This document shows positions 9,393 to 19,266 of a stretch of 64,000 nt of DNA, in pieces. A program made the position numbers and the translations under genes. The first letter of the stretch is position 1, and every line of letters starts with the position of its first letter. The DNA is from Akkermansiaceae bacterium. Lineage in GTDB: Bacteria; Verrucomicrobiota; Verrucomicrobiia; Verrucomicrobiales; Akkermansiaceae. The stretch is taken from assembly GCA_905182475.1 (NCBI GenBank), contig CAJJBR010000044.1, positions 1,645 to 65,644 of the forward strand, written 5' to 3'. The notes below the pieces were generated by a model. The model had not been told where the DNA came from and ran no database searches. It saw only the letters and a list, made by a program, of their open reading frames with translations.

Positions 9393-10691
9393 TCAAGGAT
9401 TGTAAGGCGGAAAGTATTGCTTGATCACGGCTTCACTTCGTTCCGTGATACTTTGGGCTAGTGCCTCAATGACCTCGTGCGTCAGGCCTTGGGATTGCAA
9501 TTCAGCGGATGTTGCTGCGCACGCCTGAGCCAGTTGCTTGGCGAGGGCTTCGAACATCGCCATAAAGCCATTGGTTTTGAGGCGCAGTTGTTTTGCGCAT
9601 TGCTGCCAGTGCCGCGCTTCGATCTCCTTCACCCGGTATTTACTGCCGATCTTCATCGCCAGCTTGGCTTTGTGCGGGGAAACCTTTTTCGGATATGGCA
9701 GGGTGCTGGCGATGTCGTAAAGCGGAGCGAGACGGACCTGATTATTCCCGGCAATCAGTAGCGAGTAATTCTTGGCGTGGGCATCTGTGCCCGAGATGAG
9801 AAAGTTGACGATCAGTGCTTTCGCAAATGTCTCAATGTCATCCCGCGCTTTGCTTGAAATATCCCAGATTGTGTTCGCGACGTCTTGGACAGACGGCCCA
9901 CCTTCGTTTTGATATTTCTTGGAAGGTGGGAGCGCTCTTGCTTGGCAGAAATCTTCCTGATGGATTCGCAGACACCGCTCACCTTTGAAAATACGGTCGT
10001 AGCGTTTCACGCAAATCACCGGAACATCTCCACAGTGAAGAACCGAGGAGTTGGCGCTTTTGATCCCGAGTTGGGAGGTGAGGGTTAGGCAAAAGTGTTC
10101 GTTCTCCGCATAACCCGGAAAATCTTTGGACGCGGGTTTGAGAATATGGGTTGTCGGTGTCTGACCTCCGGGAATCCCCCACTTGCCGGTTTGCGGGGAC
10201 TGGTAGAGTGCGGTTTTGGGTTGAGCTCCCGCCAGGCTGAACTGACCTGCATCCGTGCCTGTTCGCTGTGCTCCGTGATCGGTGAGAAGCGTCTCAATGC
10301 GCTTGGCTAGATCCGCGTCGGCAATCCATTCGACTTCTTCCTCATGATTCTGATCGAGCAATTCAGCTTCGCGTGCTTCCGGGATGAATTGGATCGCCCC
10401 GGCACAATCCTCACCGACATGCTCCAGCAAGCTGAAAACATTGTTGTGGCTGACATGAAACCGCTTTCCCCACTCTTCGAGCACAGTTCCGTTGTCCGGG
10501 AGAAGATTCCACAGATAGGGCTCGATTTTGGAATGTGGATGCTCGCCCTGAACCAAAGGCATCGATGCCGACAATGGGAATGCTCCTCCCGAAGATTGCC
10601 ATTTGCTTGCATACCGGAACACCAGACGATTATTTCGCCGCTCGACCGTCCCCATCTTCTGCTGATTCGCGATAACGCTCAGGGTATTCAA
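9393..10691 (-). CDS. hipA: HipA-family serine/threonine kinase toxin
   Basis: 432-aa ORF with a HipA N-terminal coupling region ([19 protein letters not shown]) and kinase core [21 protein letters not shown]. It overlaps the upstream HTH gene by 4 nt. Confidence 0.9.
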   Translation of the reverse strand: MNTLSVIANQQKMGTVERRNNRLVFRYASKWQSSGGAFPLSASMPLVQGEHPHSKIEPYLWNLLPDNGTVLEEWGKRFHVSHNNVFSLLEHVGEDCAGAIQFIPEAREAELLDQNHEEEVEWIADADLAKRIETLLTDHGAQRTGTDAGQFSLAGAQPKTALYQSPQTGKWGIPGGQTPTTHILKPASKDFPGYAENEHFCLTLTSQLGIKSANSSVLHCGDVPVICVKRYDRIFKGERCLRIHQEDFCQARALPPSKKYQNEGGPSVQDVANTIWDISSKARDDIETFAKALIVNFLISGTDAHAKNYSLLIAGNNQVRLAPLYDIASTLPYPKKVSPHKAKLAMKIGSKYRVKEIEARHWQQCAKQLRLKTNGFMAMFEALAKQLAQACAATSAELQSQGLTHEVIEALAQSITERSEAVIKQYFPPYNP

Positions 10692-10975
10692 TTCTGTTCG
10701 TCGCCCTCCGTGTTGGTGTTGAGCACATCATCCAAATTGATCACATCGTCTGATGGCGCGGATTGCCCCTGCCTACCAATCGAGAGCGGTAAATCCAGTG
10801 CCTTTAGCGTCCGGAGAACGAGCCCCAGTTCGAGCGATGGCTTCCCCTTTTCCAGCCCGATGATCCAGTCCCGGCTTACTCCTGATCGTTCTGCTAGTTC
10901 CGCCTGGGTCCAGCCGAGCTTCTTCCGCGCTTGTCTGATGGAAGCGGCAAGATCGTTCACACTGACGATGTTCAT
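10688..10975 (-). CDS. hipB: HipB-like XRE-family HTH antitoxin
   Basis: 95-aa ORF with [31 protein letters not shown], directly upstream of hipA and overlapping it. Confidence 0.85.
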   Translation of the reverse strand: MNIVSVNDLAASIRQARKKLGWTQAELAERSGVSRDWIIGLEKGKPSLELGLVLRTLKALDLPLSIGRQGQSAPSDDVINLDDVLNTNTEGDEQN

Positions 10976-11162
10976 AGGAGCGGTCTAGCAAAGTTGACGA
11001 ACGGCGACAAGACCAAAAAGAAGGCGCTCGGCGACTTTTCCGAAATGTCGACGTTCATCAACTCACCCAGATCCAGTGCATTTCGATCCAGTAAAAAGGG
11101 GGCAGGTAAAAAGGGGTCAGGTGATAAATCTTGTAATTCACTCTTCTTCATCCAGCAGCACT

Positions 11163-11282
11163 CCGCGAACCCAATACCCCGGAGCCATCTACCATGTCAT
11201 GGCACGGGGAAATCGTCGGGAGAATATTGTTCTGGGTGACGACGACCGCTGGATGTTCCTGCACACTTTGGGTGAGACACTC
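11163..11282 (+). pseudogene. fragment of a REP-associated tyrosine (IS200-like Y1, RayT-type) transposase
   Basis: Only about 40 aa are recognisable: PRTQYPGAIYHVMARGNRRENIVLGDDDRWMFLHTLGETL, the typical N-terminus of RayT-like proteins. No start codon and no HUH/Y-containing remainder. Confidence 0.55.
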
Positions 11283-11539
11283 CAAGGTCAAACGCCACGG
11301 CGGCCAGGCACCAAGGAAAGCAGAACCGGATATGGGATTTGAACCGCCAAGCAAGAAAAGTAAGAGCTCCTTCCTACTCGGCAAACTTGGCACGGCAGGC
11401 GCCTTAATTTGTATGGCGATCCGACCGGGACGCCTCGGGTTACTGGGTTTTGCTTGGGGCTGATCGGTAGGCCCGCCTTTTTTGTGACCTGATCTCGCGT
11501 CTTTGCTTTTTCCGAAGCCGCTCTATAATCCGTTCACAC

Positions 11540-11851
11540 ATGCCCCAGACCGAGCCAACCATAGAAGCGGAAGTCGTCGAGATCGACGGGGTCGCAGTGG
11601 AGCCGCGCCCTGCCCCCAAGCAGACGGGAAGAAGTGAATGGAACAGTTGGCAAAGCTGGCAGGGACGGGTGAAAGAACTCGATGCCCGCTGGTGGCCACT
11701 TTGGCTGGTTCTTGGCTTTATCGCGCTGGTGCTCATCGTCGCAGTGGCAATGTGCGTGGCCGTATTCTGGATCACATATAAGATCATCATGGGACTCACC
11801 ACCGCATTTCTTTCGCTCCTCATCCCAGGCCGGGAACTGCAGCGCCGCTAG
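11540..11851 (+). CDS. small membrane protein (hypothetical)
   Basis: 103-aa ORF with an acidic N-terminus followed by two hydrophobic segments (WWPLWLVLGFIALVLIVAVAMCVAVFWITYKIIMGL). Confidence 0.45.
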   Translation: MPQTEPTIEAEVVEIDGVAVEPRPAPKQTGRSEWNSWQSWQGRVKELDARWWPLWLVLGFIALVLIVAVAMCVAVFWITYKIIMGLTTAFLSLLIPGRELQRR

Positions 11852-11854
11852 AAT

Positions 11855-14215
11855 CTAGGATCTCGAGATCATCAGGAGGCGTAGGCCGTTTAGGCAAACT
11901 ACCACCGTGCTGCCTTCGTGGCCCACCACTCCGACCGGCAGAGGGAGGGAAAAACCAAGAGCTGCGATCAAGAGGAAGAAGATCACCAAGCTCGCGAGCA
12001 CGAGGTTCTGAATCAGCACTCTCTTCGCCCGCCGGGAGTGACGGAGCAACAACGCGATGTTTTCCAACTTATCGCCCATTAGGACGACGTCTGCAGTTTC
12101 CATTGCGACATCCGTTCCCGCAGCTCCCATCGCCACGCCGAGATCGGATGCGGCGAGCGCCGGGGCATCGTTCACGCCATCGCCAATCATCATCACATTT
12201 CCTTCCTCCTTGAGCTGACGGATGATGCGTAGCTTGTCCTCCGGGAGTAACTCCGCATGGAATTCGTCGATCTCGGCTTCGGATGCGATCGTGCGTGCTA
12301 CGGAGCGATGATCGCCAGTGAGCATTACCACTTTTTTCACACCCGCATCGTGGAGGTCTTTGGTCAGATCCTTTGCTTCCGGACGTATCGTATCTGCCAT
12401 CACGAAGGCTGCTTTCGCAGAAACGCCATCCCCTTCCCTGACTCCAAGCCAGACGCAGGTTCGTCCTTTCTCTTGGAGCTCTTTCGCCATGGCAGCGAGG
12501 TCCTCAAATCCTCCCGCATCCATCTCACGGAACCAGCGCTCGCTACCGATAAGGAAACGCTCGGAGCCGACCGTAGCCTCGGCTCCCTTTCCAGCTGTAG
12601 ATTGGAACGAGCCAGCTGATCCGGTCTCTATCCCCAGATCAGACGCGGTCTTAACGATTGCGTTGGCAAGCGGGTGCTCGGATTTCGACTCCAATGCGGA
12701 GGCAATACGCAGCCACTCGCTGACTTCCCCCGGCAATTCTCCACCAATAGGGAACACTGCCGAGAGGGTTACAATTTCCGTAAGAGACGGCTTCCCAACG
12801 GTAAGTGTTCCCGTTTTGTCCACAGCTACTATATCTATAGTAGAACTCCTCTCAAGATGTGAGCCACCCTTGATCAAAATACCCCGCCGGGCTGCTCCTC
12901 CGATCGCGGAGAGCACTGTCGCCGGAGTGCTGATGATCAGGGCACAGGGTGAGGCCACGACCATCACGGTCATCGCCCGGTAAAACGCTTGGGAAAAGCT
13001 TTCACCCCACAACAACCACGGCACAAAGAAGACTGCGATGGTAAACAAGATCACACCCATTGCGTAGTATTGCTCGGCGGTTTCGAGGAAACGCTGGGTC
13101 TTTGATTTCTCCGCCTGCGCCTCGGCGACCAGCTTCACCATCCGTGCCAGCGCGGAATCCTCGGAGCGCTTCGTCACCGTCAGCTCGATCCCTCCGCTGC
13201 GATTGATCGTACCTGCGAAGAGCGGGCTGCCTGCATGCTTGGAAACCGGCATCGACTCGCCCGTCAGCGACGACTCATCGACTTGGGTTTCCCCTTCGAA
13301 AAGCTCCCCGTCCACCGGGATTTGCTCGCCGGGTTTCACAACAACCAGTTCACCGATCTCCAAATCCTCGACAGCCACTTTCACCGTTTTCCCATCCCGT
13401 TTCACCAACGCTTCGTCAGGGCGCAATGTTAGCAAAGATTCGATGGCCCGGTGGGTGCGCTCCATCGCGTAACGCTGGAGGACATTCGAAAAACTGAAGA
13501 GAAACAACAGCAACGCCCCCTCGAACGGCGCACCGACAATGGCCGCACCAATCGCAGCCAGCACCATCAACACATCAACGTCGAGCACACGCTCACGCAA
13601 CGAAGCGATAGCGGACTTCACCCCCTCCTGGCCGGCAAAGAAATAGGCTCCCGCGTAAAGTCCATGCGTCCACCAGCTTATTCCGGAGATTTTCCCAACA
13701 ATGAACGCCGCGATCAAAAACAGGAATCCGAGACCACAGGAGATTTCTTCGTTCAGATCGCCAGATCGGAGGCGCGTTGCAAAAGATTCGCGACGAACCG
13801 CCTTCCCAATTTCCAGAGGACTTACATCGGCTCCGGCACCTTGTAGCCCAGCGACGACCTCGTGTTCCGGGGCGACGGAAGAATCGAATGTGAGGCACAG
13901 GACTTTCCCGAGATAGGTCGCCGTCGCACGGCGGACACCGTGGATTTTTTCGACTTTTTTCTCCAGTTTTAACGCACCCGCCTCACAGCCTTGGTTCCCG
14001 AGTCGGAAACTCAGCTTGCGCAAAGCCATCGCAACATCGCCCGCATCCGCCGCAGCCATCTCGCGCAGGTCGCTCTCACTGACCTGCTCGGGATCGAAGG
14101 CAATCTCCAAGCGACCGCGCGTAGGATCGGCGCTTACCACGAGAATACCTTTGTGCTCCGCGAGTTCGTGGATTTCTTCTCCGAGCAGTTTCCCACCTGT
14201 TTCATCAGCCTTCAT
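11855..14215 (-). CDS. heavy-metal translocating P1B-type ATPase (SPC membrane motif)
   Basis: 786-aa ORF with DKTGTLT, SEHPLA, GDGVNDAPAL and transmembrane VASPCALIIS. The N-terminal ferredoxin-like repeats lack a CxxC pair. Confidence 0.9.
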   Translation of the reverse strand: MKADETGGKLLGEEIHELAEHKGILVVSADPTRGRLEIAFDPEQVSESDLREMAAADAGDVAMALRKLSFRLGNQGCEAGALKLEKKVEKIHGVRRATATYLGKVLCLTFDSSVAPEHEVVAGLQGAGADVSPLEIGKAVRRESFATRLRSGDLNEEISCGLGFLFLIAAFIVGKISGISWWTHGLYAGAYFFAGQEGVKSAIASLRERVLDVDVLMVLAAIGAAIVGAPFEGALLLFLFSFSNVLQRYAMERTHRAIESLLTLRPDEALVKRDGKTVKVAVEDLEIGELVVVKPGEQIPVDGELFEGETQVDESSLTGESMPVSKHAGSPLFAGTINRSGGIELTVTKRSEDSALARMVKLVAEAQAEKSKTQRFLETAEQYYAMGVILFTIAVFFVPWLLWGESFSQAFYRAMTVMVVASPCALIISTPATVLSAIGGAARRGILIKGGSHLERSSTIDIVAVDKTGTLTVGKPSLTEIVTLSAVFPIGGELPGEVSEWLRIASALESKSEHPLANAIVKTASDLGIETGSAGSFQSTAGKGAEATVGSERFLIGSERWFREMDAGGFEDLAAMAKELQEKGRTCVWLGVREGDGVSAKAAFVMADTIRPEAKDLTKDLHDAGVKKVVMLTGDHRSVARTIASEAEIDEFHAELLPEDKLRIIRQLKEEGNVMMIGDGVNDAPALAASDLGVAMGAAGTDVAMETADVVLMGDKLENIALLLRHSRRAKRVLIQNLVLASLVIFFLLIAALGFSLPLPVGVVGHEGSTVVVCLNGLRLLMISRS

Positions 14216-14502
14216 CTGGGTTCAGAATAGCTGGTAGCGATCGCAGTTTCGAGCGTGGAAATCAGACAAAAGGAGACCGTTGCACAAATCAAACAAGCTC
14301 AACCCCAAATGTAGGAACGAAAATCGGAATCCGCCTCACACGGGCAGCGTGATCGCCAGGCTACGTGTTTATTGCCAATCAGAGCTACCCCAGTAGAAAT
14401 CACCCCAGACGGCGGGGATAGAGGGGGTGAAAATTCCCGGTTCTGCGGCTTTGGCAAATGATCTGGTGTCTGTGGAAAACGCAGCCATTACTCCACCTGA
14501 GG

Positions 14503-16099
14503 GTAACCATTCAGGTATCGAAGAGCAGTTTCTCAGCTTCGACTGGGTCGGCGAAGAGTTTCTGCAGTACTCCGTAGACATCAACTGATCTCTTTTTAGC
14601 GCTCGCGATCACACTGCGAACCTTTGCGAACCCTCTCGACCATTCCAGACTGCGGAAGCAGCCGCTTATCTTCTGGCGCGTCTTCATCATCCGCAGGTCG
14701 CGCTCGGCCTCATTGTTGTCGAAGGGCACATCGTAGAGCAAAAACGCTAGCGTCTCTTCCTCGTAGTTGGTGAAGCGGTCGAGCAGGTTGAGCGCCTTGC
14801 CCCGGGCAGGGCGGCCGCGTTTGCCGGGGCGAGGCTCTGGCTCGGGGTTCTCGGCGCGGCCGACCGCGAGGATCTCTTGGTAGCGCTCGCGCAGCCGCAC
14901 GAGCGTGACCGGGCCGACTTTTCTGCCGCCTTCGCCCTCCCGATCTTTGAGTTTTTTGCCCTCGAGCAGGAGCTCGATCATTTCGACCGGCCACCGCTGG
15001 CCATGGTGCTCTTCGACGAAGGTAAGGTCGCGCAGATGGTGCGCGTTGCACAGGCCGTGCTTGAGGCCCTCGAACTTGAGGTAGGCGGGCAGGAAGTCGT
15101 GGATGCTGCGCCCGGTGTAGCCCTCGAGCACGCCGACGCTCTTGATGTCTTCAAAACTGCGCCCGGGCGTCACTTCAAAGTAGGCTTACTGCGGCGTGCT
15201 GGCGACGTGTAGCCAGGACGTGCGACCGAGGATCTTCAGACCGGTTTGCTGGCCGCCCCCGCGGCCACCCTTCGGGCAGACCTCTGGTCTGGCTATGTCG
15301 CTCCGCTCCATTCATCGTTGTGCATGAAGTTTGAAGAGACGACTTTCTCTCGTATTTTCTCGTGGATGGGCCCGGCGCGCGCCGAGGCGTCTCTGATGAA
15401 CCTAGGAAGAGTGCCAGCGGCCAGCTTGCAGCCGAAGAGCCCTGCGAGCCTCTCGTAGGGCAGCAGGTGGTAGACGTGCAGGTAGGTGGCAGCGGCGCGG
15501 ATGCGTTCCCCATATTGCACTGGTGCTTTGACCTCGGTCGGGAAGGGGGCGGTATTTTTTTGCCACAGCTAGAGCATTGGCAGACAGGGGAGCGGTATTC
15601 GGTGACCTCAACCTTGATCTCGACGGGCAGGTCGAAGACTTGTCGCTGCGTCTCGCCGCAGCTGCAGCGAGCAGGGGGCGGGAGATCGACGACGTGGTCG
15701 GGCTCCTTGCTTTTTCGCAGGGTCGTCCCCTTGTGGCCGGGCTGGGCACCGGACTTCTTCTTTCTACCTTTTTTGCCCGCGCTTTTGGGCGGCGGCGACC
15801 CGCCGGGGTTGTGCCTGTCGGAGGAGGGCGGCTTCGAACTGTTGTGGCTGTCCTTGCCCAGCTTGGCGCTGAGCGCGGCGATCTGCTCACCCTGTGCGGC
15901 GAGTTGCTCGACTTTCTCCCAGAGCATCAGGATCATATCCGCCGCCCTCTCGGGCTCGTTGCGGCACATCGCCACGAGCCCGAGAGGGCTTGGGCGGAAG
16001 GCCGAGATCCATACCCGACTACATACCATGACTACGAAATCCGGGCCATCGCTAATTAGTAGAAATGTCAAAAAAGTGCTGGGGCACCTGAATGGTTAC
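14503..16099 (-). mobile_element. IS66-family insertion sequence (single-ORF, ISBst12-like layout), inactivated
   Basis: Perfect 14-bp terminal inverted repeats gtaaccattcaggt (14503-14516) and acctgaatggttac (16086-16099), flanked by an 8-bp direct duplication acctgagg (14495-14502 and 16100-16107). Confidence 0.85.
14511..15969 (-). pseudogene. IS66-family transposase with frameshifts and an in-frame stop
   Basis: N-terminal part (NSSKPPSSD..GAQPGHKG..CSCGET), middle part in another frame (YGERIRAAATYLHVYHLLPYERL) and C-terminal part (VLEGYTGRSIHDFLPAYLKF..LCNAHHLRDL) lie in three frames. A TAA interrupts ..HVASTPQ*AYFEVTPGR. Confidence 0.8.
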
Positions 16100-16346
16100 A
16101 CCTGAGGCAGTAAAGGAGACGTTGTAAAGACCTGGAATGGTAACTTTCACCTCGTTCAAAGCATTCAGAAAATCTTGTTCCGTGTATGCGGGCATTGCGT
16201 GTGGTGTAGGATAGATCGTAACCTGCCGGTATCGTGGCCTCGCCAACGGGGAAGTTCCGTGCGAATTGGAAATTGATCCAAAATCCACATCGCTCTCGGC
16301 GGCACCGAAAGGGCAGTATGAACCCGCAGCCCGCGGCTTCAGATCC

Positions 16347-17429
16347 TCAGGCGTTGACGGTTGAGTTTTTCCTCAATTTCTGCGCTTTCAGCATCCCGCA
16401 ACCGGCGGCGACATCGATTCCACGGCGCTGGCGGAAGGTGCAGGGAATCCCCGCCTCGCGCAAAACGCGCTGGAACTCCTCGCCACCCTTACTACTAGAT
16501 CCATCGTAGCCGTTGGTCGGGTTTAGCGGGATGATGTTCACGTGGCTTTCGATCCCTTCGAGAAGCTTCGCCAGCCTCGAAGCCGTTTCAGGCGAATCGT
16601 TTTCCCCCTTGATCAGCGTCCACTCGAAAAAGATGCGTCTACCGGTATCTCGGCAATAGTTGCGGCAGGTATCGATGAGTGTTTCGAGATTCCATTTCTT
16701 GCTCATCGGCACCAGGGAAGAGCGCTCTTCTTCGGTCGATCCGTGGAGGCTTACGGCGAGGCGGTAGGGACTATTTTCCTCAGCCATACGAAGGATGTGA
16801 GGCACATATCCGACAGTGCTAATCGCGATATGGTTCGCCCCAACTGATGCACCGGCCGGATGAGAAACGACGTCCATTGCCCGCATCACTGAATCGTAGT
16901 TATGGAGCGGCTCGCCCATTCCCATGAGCACGATGTTACGCAAGCGCCTGTCGGGATGGCTTGCGGCGAGTATCCGGCGGACGTGCTGAACCTGGGCGAC
17001 AATTTCACCGGCTGTGAGGTGGCGGACGAAACCCATTTGCCCTGTGGCACAAAACACACAGCCCATGGCACAGCCAGCCTGGGAACTCAGACATGCGGTG
17101 AAACGGCCTTTGTATTCCATCAGGACGGTCTCGATCACTTGGCCATCGGTGAGCCGGAGGAGATATTTACGGGTCAGCCCGTCGCTGCTATGAATTTCCT
17201 CGGACTGTTCTGGGAGATCGATGAAAAAGCGTTTTCCCGAGCCGACGTTTTCATGAACCCATTTGCGAAGTGGTGGAAGAAAATCAACTGATGCAAGATC
17301 GGTAAATGCAATGCGCTGCACCGCACCCCAAAGGGCCCTCATATGATGCGAACTCACACCGTCCGCGACGAGTATCTCCTGCAGCTCGGAAAAGCGAATA
17401 CCGAGCAATGAAACGGGGGATTCGCTCAC
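16347..17429 (-). CDS. rlmN: 23S rRNA/tRNA (adenine-C2)-methyltransferase, radical SAM
   Basis: 360-aa ORF with CLSSQAGCAMGCVFCATG (CxxxCxxC), GMGEPL and a C-terminal ..GIDVAAGCG. Confidence 0.9.
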   Translation of the reverse strand: MSESPVSLLGIRFSELQEILVADGVSSHHMRALWGAVQRIAFTDLASVDFLPPLRKWVHENVGSGKRFFIDLPEQSEEIHSSDGLTRKYLLRLTDGQVIETVLMEYKGRFTACLSSQAGCAMGCVFCATGQMGFVRHLTAGEIVAQVQHVRRILAASHPDRRLRNIVLMGMGEPLHNYDSVMRAMDVVSHPAGASVGANHIAISTVGYVPHILRMAEENSPYRLAVSLHGSTEEERSSLVPMSKKWNLETLIDTCRNYCRDTGRRIFFEWTLIKGENDSPETASRLAKLLEGIESHVNIIPLNPTNGYDGSSSKGGEEFQRVLREAGIPCTFRQRRGIDVAAGCGMLKAQKLRKNSTVNA

Positions 17430-18649
17430 GGTTCGACAGGCAGGGCACGCGGCACTTCGTCCACGGGTTCGGCACGTGGGGGGACGATGAGCGCCCTTGG
17501 CGGCGCAGGATCTTCCCGTGGTGCAGGCTTCACAGGAACTGCTTTCGGCGGATCGGGTACGGGTGTAATTCCCTCCTCTACCGGAAGCACCTTCGGAGTA
17601 ACTTTGATCGGCACATTTGGCGGCGGGGTTTTGCGCATCTTGATCTCCACGCGGCGGTTCGGAGCCTGTGCAGCGGCGTCCCCACTGATCACTAGCGGCT
17701 GAGATTTTCCGTAGCCACGGGTGATGATCCTGTCGGGATCCATTTTCATCGATCTCACCAGATAGGTCTTCACCGCTTCGGCGCGTTGCTCGGAGAGCAG
17801 AAGGTTTGGTGCATCACCACCGATCAGATCAGTATGCCCTTCAATCCAGCAATATAGATTCGGGTTCTTATCCATCAGCAATGCCAGCTTCATCAAACCC
17901 ACCTTGGCACTTTCACGTAGCTCGGCGCGGTTGAATTCGAAAATGAGATCGCTGGGAAGGAGAGTCTTTTTTGAAAGTAGGAGATTCGCAGGAAGATTCA
18001 GCATCTGGTCGAGCGATTCGATTCCATCCAGCTTACCATTGTCCACCAGGCCGTTGTTACCCTTCTTGATCAGCTCATCGGTGAAACTGGTCATCTCCCC
18101 GTCATCCACCTGCACCGCTCCGGGATCGACGGTGATTTGTCCGACAGCAGCAGGCTGGAGATCCGTCTCCATGCGTCCGAATTCAGGAAGATCCGCCTCA
18201 ATATCAAAGGTAGAGGAAACCGAAGCAACATCCGCCTCAATATCACCTGCCGCGAGCGGATTGGAAATTTTCAAGGCATACTCGGGATCGAGAACGCTGG
18301 GAGATATGTCGATTTCCACATCTTCGGGAAGCAAGTCGAGCAGATCGATTTCTTCCAGTAACGATGCGGAATCTTCCGGAGGTGTCACCGTCTCCTCAGG
18401 CGGTAGCGCAAGCTCGGGCTGATACGGCTTCACCTCCACCTGACGAACGTTCACAGGTGCCGTGGAAAATTCCTCTGACTGCTGGATACCCAATGCGATC
18501 CTGACGTGGTCGAGGGCGAAAAACACGAGGACGTGCAGGATGATAGATACAAGCATAGCGACCGTCGCCCAGCGTCCGATATGCTCGGGACCCGGGAGGC
18601 GGTAGCTGCTGACATCACGCGTGTCGCTCCAGCGATACTCCTGCTCCAT
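17426..18649 (-). CDS. OmpA/MotB-domain protein with N-terminal TM anchor and proline-rich tail
   Basis: 407-aa ORF with TM VAMLVSIILHVLVFFAL and OmpA-like core FEFNRAELRESAK..IEGHTDLIGGDAPNLLLSEQRAEAV..NRRVEI. Its stop overlaps the rlmN start by 4 nt. Confidence 0.8.
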   Translation of the reverse strand: MEQEYRWSDTRDVSSYRLPGPEHIGRWATVAMLVSIILHVLVFFALDHVRIALGIQQSEEFSTAPVNVRQVEVKPYQPELALPPEETVTPPEDSASLLEEIDLLDLLPEDVEIDISPSVLDPEYALKISNPLAAGDIEADVASVSSTFDIEADLPEFGRMETDLQPAAVGQITVDPGAVQVDDGEMTSFTDELIKKGNNGLVDNGKLDGIESLDQMLNLPANLLLSKKTLLPSDLIFEFNRAELRESAKVGLMKLALLMDKNPNLYCWIEGHTDLIGGDAPNLLLSEQRAEAVKTYLVRSMKMDPDRIITRGYGKSQPLVISGDAAAQAPNRRVEIKMRKTPPPNVPIKVTPKVLPVEEGITPVPDPPKAVPVKPAPREDPAPPRALIVPPRAEPVDEVPRALPVEP

Positions 18650-18754
18650 GAAAAGTATTATAAACGAAGAAATCGTGCTGGCAATCCCTGAAAAACGTGG
18701 TTACGCCGTACACGGCACGCCATGTGCTATGTAAATTTCAATCCCTGAAACATC

Positions 18755-19018
18755 ATGCCTACAAAGAAATCAACCAAGAAGGTCGTAACGAAAAAGGCAG
18801 CTAAGAAAGCAGCAAAAAAAGCTGCTGTAAAAGCACCTACCAAGAAGGTCGCCGCAAAAAAATCCGCAAAAAAGACGACTCCAAAAAAGACGGCTCCATC
18901 AATCGATAGCATCGCGAAAGTAGCCTACCTGAACTACCGCCGCCGCACTGAACTCGACCTTCCAGGCGATAACGAAAGCGACTGGCTTGAAGCCGAACGC
19001 TCCCTCATGAATGGCTAA
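18755..19018 (+). CDS. lysine/alanine-rich histone H1-like protein with C-terminal DUF2934-like motif
   Basis: 87-aa ORF with KKAAKKAAKKAAVKAPTKKVAAKKSAKK repeats followed by AYLNYRRR..SDWLEAERSL. Confidence 0.7.
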   Translation: MPTKKSTKKVVTKKAAKKAAKKAAVKAPTKKVAAKKSAKKTTPKKTAPSIDSIAKVAYLNYRRRTELDLPGDNESDWLEAERSLMNG

Positions 19019-19047
19019 ATGACCAAACCAAACATCAATGAATCACC

Positions 19048-19085
19048 GACGCCCGCCTTTGAAAAAAGGCAGGCGTCTTCATTTT
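19048..19085 (+). terminator. rho-independent terminator candidate
   Basis: Stem gacgcccgcct / aggcaggcgtc (one mismatch) followed by ttcatttt, about 30 nt after the stop at 19018. Confidence 0.6.
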
Positions 19086-19266
19086 AGCGATTGCCTTCCC
19101 CCCGAGAAAATAGATAGTCAGGTTATCTTAATTAAAAGTGTTGTCAGTTGGGCGCCTTTTATTGGCGCCTCTCGGATTCTTTCGAATCCTGTCCAACCCT
19201 CCCCCGGGGCTGCAACCCGCCCCCTCCCCTTTCATTCCACCCTTACAGTTATGTAACCCCGAACCC

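Larger units (their letters stand above)
14369..16288 (-). pseudogene. small hypothetical gene (~104 aa) split by the IS66 insertion
   Basis: The 5' half at 16100-16288 (MDFGSISNSHG..YNVSFTASG) and the 3' half at 14369-14494 (GVMAAFSTDTRSF..DFYWGSSDWQ*) join in frame once the IS and one target-duplication copy are removed. Confidence 0.6.

Noticed and set aside
11319-11395. tRNA-like stretch on the minus strand (..gccgagtagg..ggttcaaatcc..)
   Set aside because: The T-arm flanks (ggcgg / cccat) do not pair, no complementary acceptor 5' strand is present, and no anticodon stem folds. At best it is a decayed tRNA fragment or old att remnant, not a gene.
11387-11402. Second sigma-54-like element, TGGCACggcagGCGC, upstream of the 103-aa membrane ORF
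   Set aside because: The -12 box is GCGC rather than TTGC. It lies about 140 nt from a weakly supported ORF inside a region of pseudogene debris, which is too weak to call.
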